Of a DNA stretch of 64,000 nucleotides, positions 57,024-64,000 are shown one piece after another. Position numbers and translations under genes: made by a program. Below the pieces are notes generated by a model. It worked only from the letters and a program-made list of their open reading frames with translations. It did no database searches and was not told the DNA's origin. Location of the stretch: the NCBI GenBank assembly GCA_002692065.1, contig NZJX01000011.1, positions 786 through 64,785 on the forward strand, written 5' to 3'. Numbering within the stretch: the stretch's first letter is position 1; every line of letters begins with the position of its first letter. Origin of the DNA: Flavobacteriales bacterium. Lineage in GTDB: Bacteria; Bacteroidota; Bacteroidia; Flavobacteriales; UBA7430.

Positions 57024-57990
57024 AACAATTATTTGTGATTCTAGTTATGATTATAAGTATCGTCAGATCTTTGATAGAATTGATTATGTTAGTGTAATTG
57101 AAGGTGATTTTAAAACGTTAACTCATGCAATTCTTAAATGTAAAAAGCCAATTTTTCATGTAAGATATATAAAATCCTCTGGTTTTCTATTTGGTTCTTT
57201 AAGATATTTAATTTTAATATTTTTAACATATTTGAAAGGAGGGAAAATATTATATACTTGTCATAATATTAATGAGCATAACATTAAAATTAAATTTATT
57301 AATGATTTTTATAGATTTTTATTTTCTTTTCTTGCATTCAAGATCGTATATTTTGAAAAATCTATTAGAAACCATAACTATAATTTGTTCTACAACAAAG
57401 GGGTTATAGCTAATTTTGGAAGTTTCAAGCATTTTTTAATTCAAAAAAATAAAAAATCTTTAGATTTTGAAAAGTTAATTAATAGATGGGGACATGCATT
57501 TCAAATTGATATTATTTCTGTTTCCTCTGCAAGATTAAGCTACATAGAAGGATTCTTTAATAAAATTCAAAGCACTAATTTCAAATCATTAATAATTAAT
57601 CCAAAAAAAAATACACAGGACTATTTGATGACTAATAATCAGCTTAGATTCTTTAAACCTGTTTATCATGAAATTAATGATATTTTGTTAAAAAATAATG
57701 AACTTATTGGTTTTGTGGGTCATTTTAATATTTCTGTATCAACTTCATTATATATGTTTGCTAGCTATGAGATACCCGTAATTTGCTATGATATTGAACC
57801 TAACAATAACATTGTTTCTATTAATAAAATTGGTGAAGTCATTCAAATTAATAGTTCAATAAGTGAAATTATTGCTAAAATTAATTTAATAAAAGATAAT
57901 TATAAATTATATCAGAAAAATTGCACTAATTTTATTAGAAAAAATAGTTGGGACAAGTCATCAGAAATTCATAAAAATATTATATTGTGA
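57016..57990 (+). CDS. Hypothetical protein, weak GT-B glycosyltransferase-like C-terminal half
   Basis: 324 aa, codon-compatible and coupled by an 8-nt overlap to wzx. I recognised no diagnostic motif (no EX7E, no sulfotransferase PAPS loops). Confidence 0.45.
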   Translation: MIRTIICDSSYDYKYRQIFDRIDYVSVIEGDFKTLTHAILKCKKPIFHVRYIKSSGFLFGSLRYLILIFLTYLKGGKILYTCHNINEHNIKIKFINDFYRFLFSFLAFKIVYFEKSIRNHNYNLFYNKGVIANFGSFKHFLIQKNKKSLDFEKLINRWGHAFQIDIISVSSARLSYIEGFFNKIQSTNFKSLIINPKKNTQDYLMTNNQLRFFKPVYHEINDILLKNNELIGFVGHFNISVSTSLYMFASYEIPVICYDIEPNNNIVSINKIGEVIQINSSISEIIAKINLIKDNYKLYQKNCTNFIRKNSWDKSSEIHKNIIL

Positions 57991-59111
57991 TATTATATTT
58001 TCTTTTTTATATAATTGCATTTAGTCTTTATATAGATGATCTTAAATCTTTTTTTAAATTAAGTTTAATTTCTCACTCCGTTTTTATTATGTTTTTATTT
58101 GAACATAATTTTGGATTAGTAACTTATTACATTAGCGATGGATTAAATTACATTTCTAATCCTGAAGTGTGGATATCGGATAAATCCAGAGCAACATGGG
58201 GATACATTAATTATTTTGAAAAATATTATGATATATTGGGAACCAAGTTTGCTAAAATTTTAAATATTCCTTTATTATTGATTTTTAACAAGCAATTCCA
58301 AAATTTATTCAAAGTATATCTAGGTAAAATAAATATAGTAATTCTACTACCATATTTTTTCTTTATGTCTATATCAAATTTAAGAGATATTTTAATATTG
58401 ATAGCTATTCTCTCTTGCACTACATTTTTTCATAAAAAACAATTAAAATATTATTCAATATCGCTTTTATTCTTTTTGATGCTATTTAGTTTAAGACCAT
58501 TCATTGCATTATTATTATTAATTATTTTTACACAGTATTTTATTCCGACTCTAAAAACTAAGCTTCAACTGATTAGATATATTCTTGTATCTATATTTTC
58601 AATATTTATATTTATTCAGATTTTCTCAATTAATATTGATAAATATTTATATAATTTAAATTATTATTTGAATGAAGGTTTAAATGACAGAATTGAGTTT
58701 AGGCAAGCAGAACTTTTAGGATCACCAGACTCTCCAATTTTTTGGATAAAAGCACATTTACGATATATTTTTGCACCTTTTCCACATTCAATTATCTCGT
58801 CCTTTAGCGATCCGAAAAGCTTTGTATATGGGTCGACTAGTAAAGTTTTAAGATTGATTAATCAATTAATTTATTTTGGGTTTTTAACTTATATTTCATT
58901 GAATTTAAATAAGGTTTATTCTGTCTTCAAATCTCTAAATGCATCTGCCAAATCTTTTTTATTAATTTTAGCATCTCATTTGCCAATTTACTCTATTCTT
59001 CATTTTGGTGGTGTTCATCAAAGAACTAAACTCCCTTTTCAAATTTTCATAATTGTAATTGGGTTATTAATCTGGAGGTTAAAAAAAATAAAAAATGTTA
59101 AAACTAAATAA
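57987..59111 (+). CDS. Polytopic membrane protein, O-antigen/EPS polymerase-like (Wzy/EpsG-type)
   Basis: 374 aa, about 10 hydrophobic segments, located between wzx and glycosyltransferases. GTG start overlapping the upstream stop. Confidence 0.6.
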   Translation: MILYFLFYIIAFSLYIDDLKSFFKLSLISHSVFIMFLFEHNFGLVTYYISDGLNYISNPEVWISDKSRATWGYINYFEKYYDILGTKFAKILNIPLLLIFNKQFQNLFKVYLGKINIVILLPYFFFMSISNLRDILILIAILSCTTFFHKKQLKYYSISLLFFLMLFSLRPFIALLLLIIFTQYFIPTLKTKLQLIRYILVSIFSIFIFIQIFSINIDKYLYNLNYYLNEGLNDRIEFRQAELLGSPDSPIFWIKAHLRYIFAPFPHSIISSFSDPKSFVYGSTSKVLRLINQLIYFGFLTYISLNLNKVYSVFKSLNASAKSFLLILASHLPIYSILHFGGVHQRTKLPFQIFIIVIGLLIWRLKKIKNVKTK

Positions 59112-60240
59112 AGTAGCAATTTTAGTAAAAACTTCTCTTCAATTTGATGGAAGAGTTATTAGTCAAATAGATAACTTATCTAAAAATTTTAAAAATACTG
59201 AATTTAGAATATTTCTTTTGTCAGATGGACCATTCGATTTAAGTTTTAATAATAATTGTCATGTTGACGAAATTTCTTTAATTACAAGAAGGGCGCCTAA
59301 ATCATCTTTATTTCAGCTATTTAAAGTAATAGAATTTGGATTTAAAGCCTTTTTAAAAATCAAAAAATTTGATCCTGACATATTACATGTTCATGATGAT
59401 ACTGCATGTTTTGGGGCTATTTTTTATAAATTATTTTTTTCAAAAAAAATAATAATTTATGATGATCATGAGCTAAAGTATGTTAGACCAAAATCATTCA
59501 ATGATAAAATTTCATTTTTAATTGAAAAGTTTATGTATAAAATTAGTAATATAATAATTGTTGCTAATTATGAAAGAAAACGTTTAGCTTCTGTAATTTA
59601 CAATAATAAAAATATAATAATTCATGAAAATTATTTTTTTAATAGACAAACTAATAAATTAAAAAACTCGAATTTAATTAATTTAGAAAAAAAAATTAAT
59701 TTATTACGAAGTGAAAATAAAAAAATCATACTACATCAAGGACAAATTACTGAAATTAGAGGGTCAAAAGACATTGTTTTATTAGTTAATAATCTTCCAG
59801 AAAATTTTAAAGTTCTATTAATTGGAATTAACTATTATGATTATCAAAAGTTTTTAAAAATAATTAATAAATCTAAAAAAAATGTAGTTGTTTTTGGTGG
59901 ATTTATAGACTATCATCATATAAAGGAGGTATATAAGATTATCGATTATTGTTTAATAATTTATAAAAATTTAAATTTAAACAATAAATATTGTGCCCCC
60001 AACAGAGTTTATCTAGCCTATTATTTTGGTAAACCTATTATAGCTAATAAAGAAAACCCTGTTTTATCTGATTTTGTTAAGAAAACAGGATGTGGGACAT
60101 TATTTGATGTCAATTCTAATTTAGAATTAATGTTTAATTTATTACAACATTTACCTACTTTTACAGATCAATTATATTTAAAGAATGATATTAATCCAAA
60201 AAAAATAGTTGATGTTTATAATAAGTTAATTAAAGCCTAA
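59095..60240 (+). CDS. Glycosyltransferase (GT-B, family 4-like)
   Basis: 381 aa with an N-terminal VAILVKTSLQFDGRV pattern and a GT-B-like two-domain layout. Call is based on context. Confidence 0.6.
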   Translation: MLKLNKVAILVKTSLQFDGRVISQIDNLSKNFKNTEFRIFLLSDGPFDLSFNNNCHVDEISLITRRAPKSSLFQLFKVIEFGFKAFLKIKKFDPDILHVHDDTACFGAIFYKLFFSKKIIIYDDHELKYVRPKSFNDKISFLIEKFMYKISNIIIVANYERKRLASVIYNNKNIIIHENYFFNRQTNKLKNSNLINLEKKINLLRSENKKIILHQGQITEIRGSKDIVLLVNNLPENFKVLLIGINYYDYQKFLKIINKSKKNVVVFGGFIDYHHIKEVYKIIDYCLIIYKNLNLNNKYCAPNRVYLAYYFGKPIIANKENPVLSDFVKKTGCGTLFDVNSNLELMFNLLQHLPTFTDQLYLKNDINPKKIVDVYNKLIKA

Positions 60241-60244
60241 AATT

Positions 60245-60850
60245 ATGTTCGAATATTATTGGTCAAAAATTTTAAAAAAAATTAGAGGTTCTGCATTAAA
60301 AAATTCATCTGTTCATAAGACTTCAAAAATTGAATCTGGAACATCTTTTATAAATTCATTTATGGATAAACATTCTTTTTGTGGATATAATTGCGATATA
60401 AATCATACAAAAATTGGAAAATTTTGTTCAATTGCAAATAATGTAGTGATTGGTGGTGGAATGCATCCAATGAATTGGGTTTCAACTTCACCAGTTTTTT
60501 ATGAGGGAAGAGATAGTGTTAAAACAAAATTTTCTACACATAAAAGAGTGCCTATCAAGAAAACAGTCATTGGTCATGATGTTTGGATTGGTCAAAATGT
60601 AATTATAAAGCAAGGTGTCACTATTGGTTCAGGCTCAGTTATTGGAATGGGATCTATTGTGACTAAAGATGTGGAACCTTATACTATTTCCGCTGGTAAT
60701 CCAGCTAGATTAATTAAAAAACGATTTGATGACAATACTATCAAAAATTTATTAGAATCTGAATGGTGGGATATGAACGAAAAAGTACTAAAAAGCTTAT
60801 CAGTCCACATTAAAGAACCTGATTTATTTGTCAAATATATTAAATCATGA
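60245..60850 (+). CDS. Hexapeptide-repeat O-acetyltransferase (CatB/Vat-like)
   Basis: Left-handed beta-helix repeats IGKFCSIANNVVIGGG, IGHDVWIGQNVIIKQGVTIGSGSVIGMGSIV, GNPARLIKKRF. Confidence 0.85.
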   Translation: MFEYYWSKILKKIRGSALKNSSVHKTSKIESGTSFINSFMDKHSFCGYNCDINHTKIGKFCSIANNVVIGGGMHPMNWVSTSPVFYEGRDSVKTKFSTHKRVPIKKTVIGHDVWIGQNVIIKQGVTIGSGSVIGMGSIVTKDVEPYTISAGNPARLIKKRFDDNTIKNLLESEWWDMNEKVLKSLSVHIKEPDLFVKYIKS

Positions 60851-62010
60851 AAATATTACATGTTTGTTTAGCAGCTTTTTATATTGATAATTATGGTTAT
60901 CAGGAAAATATATTACCAAAAATGCATAAACTTCAAGGTCATGTTGTAAAAATTTTAGCATCTACAGAAACTTACTTGAATGGCAATCAATTATCCTATA
61001 TAAAACAAGGTACATATATTAATGAAGATGGGATTGAAGTTACTAGATTAGCTTACACGAAAAATATACCATCTTTATTAGTAAGAAAATTAAGAATATA
61101 TTCAAATATTTTAAAAAATTTAAATGAATTTAAACCTGATTTAATTTTTTTGCATGATATTCAATTTATAAGTATATTCAAGATTATCGAATATTTAAAA
61201 GTAAATAAAAATGTATTAGTGTACGCAGATGGTCATGCTGACTTCACCAACTCAGCTACTAATTGGGTCTCTAAAAACTTACTTCATAAATTAATTTATA
61301 AAAGATGTGCAAAAGCTATAGATCCATATGTAATTAAATTTTATGGAACTCTTCCATGTAGGGTTGAGTTTTTTAAGAATTTTTACAAAGTTACAAAATC
61401 TAAAACTGAATTATTGCCCATGGGAGTTGATGATACCATAATTGACAGTTACAATATTGATGAATTAAGAAAAAAGAGAAGAAAATCATTAGGAATTACT
61501 GAAAATGATTTTTTAATTATTTCTGGAGGTAAATTGAATTTAAAAAAAAATATTCATCATTTAGTAAAATCTATAACTAGAATAAATCATGATAAAATTA
61601 AACTATTATTATTTGGAAAGCCAGACGTTCATGTTAAGAGAATAATAGAAAAATTACTTAGTCATAGATGTATTTTATATATAAATTGGATAGATCATAT
61701 ACAAATTCATGAGTACTTATTAATTTCAGATTTAGCTGTATTCCCAGGAAAACATTCTGTTATTTGGGAACAAGCTGTAGGATGTGGAATACCAACTGTA
61801 TTCAAAAAAATTGAAGGACATAATCATGTAGATTTAGGAGGGAATTGTCTTTTCGTAAATGAAGGAAATGAGGAAGAAATAACTGAAGTTATATTAAAAA
61901 TATACAATGATAAAGGTTTATATAATAAAATGAAAAAAGTAAGTATTGAAAAAGGGCGTAATTACTTTTCTTATGATAAAATTGCAAGAAGAGCTATTAA
62001 TAATGACTAA
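60847..62010 (+). CDS. Glycosyltransferase family 4-like (GT-B)
   Basis: 387 aa with a C-terminal sugar-donor domain pattern (ISGGKL..., SDLAVFPG...WEQAVGCGIPTVF). Confidence 0.65.
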   Translation: MKILHVCLAAFYIDNYGYQENILPKMHKLQGHVVKILASTETYLNGNQLSYIKQGTYINEDGIEVTRLAYTKNIPSLLVRKLRIYSNILKNLNEFKPDLIFLHDIQFISIFKIIEYLKVNKNVLVYADGHADFTNSATNWVSKNLLHKLIYKRCAKAIDPYVIKFYGTLPCRVEFFKNFYKVTKSKTELLPMGVDDTIIDSYNIDELRKKRRKSLGITENDFLIISGGKLNLKKNIHHLVKSITRINHDKIKLLLFGKPDVHVKRIIEKLLSHRCILYINWIDHIQIHEYLLISDLAVFPGKHSVIWEQAVGCGIPTVFKKIEGHNHVDLGGNCLFVNEGNEEEITEVILKIYNDKGLYNKMKKVSIEKGRNYFSYDKIARRAINND

Positions 62011-62023
62011 AATAGAAAATTAA

Positions 62024-63169
62024 ATGTTAGTTAATAGAGAAAAAATACAACTATGTGTAAACTGTGTAATGGATACTACCGATTCAAAAATAACCTTTGA
62101 TGAAAAAGGAGTTTGCGATCATTGTAATACTTATTATAAAGATATTTTACCAAACTGGCATACGGATGAAAGAGGTGATATAGAACTCTCTGGTATAATT
62201 AATAAAATTAAAAAACAAGGAGAAGGTAAAGATTTTGATTGTTTGATGGGAATGAGCGGAGGAATCGATAGTTCATATCTTCTTTACATAATGAAAGAGA
62301 AATATGGGTTAAGACCCTTAGTTTTTCATGTAGATGCCGGCTGGAACTCTCAAATTGCTGTAAATAATATTGAAAGATTAGTGGACGGCTTAGGACTTGA
62401 TTTATATACTGAAGTGATTAATTGGGAAGAAATTAAAGATTTACAATTGGCATTTTTTAAATCAGGAGTACCTCATATAGATGTTCCTCAAGATCATGCC
62501 TTCTTTGCTACTATGTATAAGTTTGCTTCTAAACATAAAATCAAATACATCCTAACAGGAGGAAATTATTCAACAGAATGTGTTAGAAACCCATTAGAGT
62601 GGATGTATTATCAATCCGATTCTATTCAGTTACGAGATATTTATAAGAAGTTTGGAACTGGCAAACTAAAAGATTATCCGGTAACTAACATACTTTGGCA
62701 TAAAGTATACTTACCTTACGTGAAAAAGATTAAATTGATTAGACCTCTTGATTTCGTGCCTTACAATAAGGATGAAGCCATGCAACTTCTAGTTGATAAA
62801 TTTGGATATCAAAAATATCCTCAAAAACATTTCGAATCTAGATTTACTAGATTCTATGAAAGTTATTGGTTACCTAAGAAGTTTGGTTACGACACTAGGA
62901 AAGTACAATATTCAAGTCTTATCTTAACAGGACAAATGACAAGAAATGAAGCTTTAAAGAAACTAGAATCTCCTGCGTATGACCCTGAAAAAATCAACCA
63001 AGATTTCGAATATGTTGCAACCAAGTTAGGAATTTCTGTGGAAGAATTACAATCATATATGGATGCTCCTAACAAAACATATAAAGACTACAAGTCACAA
63101 GAAACCATCTATAATATTGGAGCAAAAGTGTTGCGATTTTTAGGTGCAGAAAAAGGAGGGAAAAGATGA
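62024..63169 (+). CDS. N-acetyl sugar amidotransferase (WbuX/WbpG-like, PP-loop ATP pyrophosphatase)
   Basis: N-terminal Cys4 ribbon CVNCV...CDHC, PP-loop MSGGIDSS, followed by HisH and HisF paralogues. Confidence 0.85.
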   Translation: MLVNREKIQLCVNCVMDTTDSKITFDEKGVCDHCNTYYKDILPNWHTDERGDIELSGIINKIKKQGEGKDFDCLMGMSGGIDSSYLLYIMKEKYGLRPLVFHVDAGWNSQIAVNNIERLVDGLGLDLYTEVINWEEIKDLQLAFFKSGVPHIDVPQDHAFFATMYKFASKHKIKYILTGGNYSTECVRNPLEWMYYQSDSIQLRDIYKKFGTGKLKDYPVTNILWHKVYLPYVKKIKLIRPLDFVPYNKDEAMQLLVDKFGYQKYPQKHFESRFTRFYESYWLPKKFGYDTRKVQYSSLILTGQMTRNEALKKLESPAYDPEKINQDFEYVATKLGISVEELQSYMDAPNKTYKDYKSQETIYNIGAKVLRFLGAEKGGKR

Positions 63170-63780
63170 TCGGAATTATAGACTACGGATCAGGAAATAT
63201 CCAGGCAATAGCTACTATTTACAAAAACTTGAACATTGAACATCAAGTTTTAAATACGCCTGAAGATTTAAAAAAAGCAGACAAACTTATTTTACCTGGA
63301 GTTGGCGCTTTTGATGCTACTATGCAACAACTCATTAACTCAGGATTAAAGGAAGAGTTAAACAAGCTTGTATTGGAAGAAAAAGTTCCAGTATTAGGAA
63401 TTTGTGTAGGTCTTCAAGTAATGGGATTTGAAAGTGAAGAAGGAGAACTTCAGGGTCTAGGGTGGATTCCTGGAAAAGTTAAAAAATTTAATAAATCAAG
63501 AATTGAAAATAAACCAAAACTTCCGCATATGGGCTGGAACGTAATCAAAGACGTTAGAAGTCACCCTTTATTTGAAGGAATAGATAGTGATTTTGGTTTT
63601 TACTTTGTACACAGCTTTTATTTTGAATGTGAATGTGAGGAAAACATTTTATCAACTTCTAAATATGGTGATGAGTTCACATCTTCTATTTTTTCAGGTC
63701 ATATTATTGGCACTCAATTTCATCCTGAAAAGAGTCATGGTAATGGAGTGCAGTTATTTAAAAACTTTGCTAAATTATAA
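63166..63780 (+). CDS. hisH: Glutamine amidotransferase, HisH paralogue (WbuY-like)
   Basis: IIDYGSGN, GICVGLQ (catalytic Cys), QFHPEKS. Confidence 0.85.
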   Translation: MIGIIDYGSGNIQAIATIYKNLNIEHQVLNTPEDLKKADKLILPGVGAFDATMQQLINSGLKEELNKLVLEEKVPVLGICVGLQVMGFESEEGELQGLGWIPGKVKKFNKSRIENKPKLPHMGWNVIKDVRSHPLFEGIDSDFGFYFVHSFYFECECEENILSTSKYGDEFTSSIFSGHIIGTQFHPEKSHGNGVQLFKNFAKL

Positions 63781-63782
63781 TT

Positions 63783-64000
63783 ATGCTAAGATCTAGAATA
63801 ATTCCTTGTTTACTTGTTCAAAATAAAGGTTTAGTAAAAACAGTTAATTTTAAAAATCCAAAATATGTAGGAGACCCAATAAATGCTGTTAAAATTTTTA
63901 ACGAGAAAGAGGTTGATGAGTTAATAGTTCTTGATATTGACGCAACAAGAGAGAAAAGAGAACCTGATATGCAAATGATAAAAAATTTAGCAGATGAATG
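63783..64000 (+). CDS. hisF: Imidazole-glycerol-phosphate-synthase cyclase-like subunit, HisF paralogue (WbuZ-like), 5' part only
   Basis: RIIPCLLVQNKGLVKTVNF..YVGDPINAVKIFNEKEVDELIVLDIDA. The gene runs off the window end. Confidence 0.8.
   Translation, partial: MLRSRIIPCLLVQNKGLVKTVNFKNPKYVGDPINAVKIFNEKEVDELIVLDIDATREKREPDMQMIKNLADE

Noticed and set aside
30949-63796. Short nested track ORFs in the second half: 30949-31137, 31542-31730, 34232-34465, 35921-36151, 40971-41174, 41586-41864, 43397-43606, 45842-46027, 48077-48313, 51030-51311, 58226-58420, 62887-63075, 63587-63796
   Set aside because: Same reasoning. They are alternative-frame or antisense shadows of confidently assigned genes.
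1-64000. CRISPR arrays, tRNA/rRNA genes, IS elements, integrases, toxin-antitoxin or known defence genes
   Set aside because: No spaced direct repeats, no cloverleaf-capable GC-rich segments in the few intergenic regions, and no ORF with transposase, integrase, nuclease or defence-type motifs were seen. Every ORF over 100 aa is accounted for by metabolic, translation or glycan-synthesis functions.

Overview
The window is very AT-rich and about 97% coding. By my own tally, only about 1.6-1.7 kb lies between called genes. I attribute it to a streamlined Flavobacteriia-type (Bacteroidota) chromosome. The grounds are a T9SS C-terminal sorting domain, TAnnTTTG -7 promoter boxes with no Shine-Dalgarno sequences, a UpxY-type NusG paralogue, a long-form PurF and a DUF2480 gene after the SUF genes. 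I saw no rRNA, tRNA, CRISPR array, transposase, integrase or recognisable defence genes.

The first 38 kb is housekeeping. It holds pepP', thiL and a complete SUF Fe-S operon (sufA-like, sufBCDSE, DUF59, DUF2480). It also holds purF, a divergent 3-hydroxyanthranilate (kynurenine-branch) catabolic cluster, and ileS-dksA-like-lspA. Further genes are an ABC ATPase, a serine hydrolase, lipB, a SIS isomerase, lysS and a DAHP synthase. The rest are a K+-type membrane pyrophosphatase, a two-component pair, hppD-hmgA, tdh, cysS, a glutaminyl-cyclase-like lipoprotein and Mn-type SOD.

From about 38.7 kb to the window end lies one large surface-glycan supercluster:
- rfbBACD
- a tightly coupled DUF2061-cysC-cysD-cysN-cysQ-kdsB-kdsA block
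- three intact NDP-sugar 6-dehydrogenases plus one decayed relic
- a UpxY-like antiterminator followed by the only long non-coding gap (441 nt)
- galE and a UDP-glucuronate 4-epimerase interrupted by one in-frame TGA
- wecB and wecC
- an extremely AT-rich wzx / wzy-like / glycosyltransferase / acetyltransferase core
- a WbuX/HisH/HisF-type sugar amidotransferase module that runs off the 3' edge

I found no clearly novel multi-gene system such as a defence island. The best leads are:
- the UpxY gene plus 441-nt leader architecture, which carries a GC-rich ops-like element
- the PAPS/PAP-cycle and DUF2061 module embedded in the glycan locus
- an atypical SDR (no YxxxK) and a T9SS cargo gene inside the 3-hydroxyanthranilate operon
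- three gene-decay scars in the glycan locus

All functional calls rest on motif and family recognition by eye. No database search was run.
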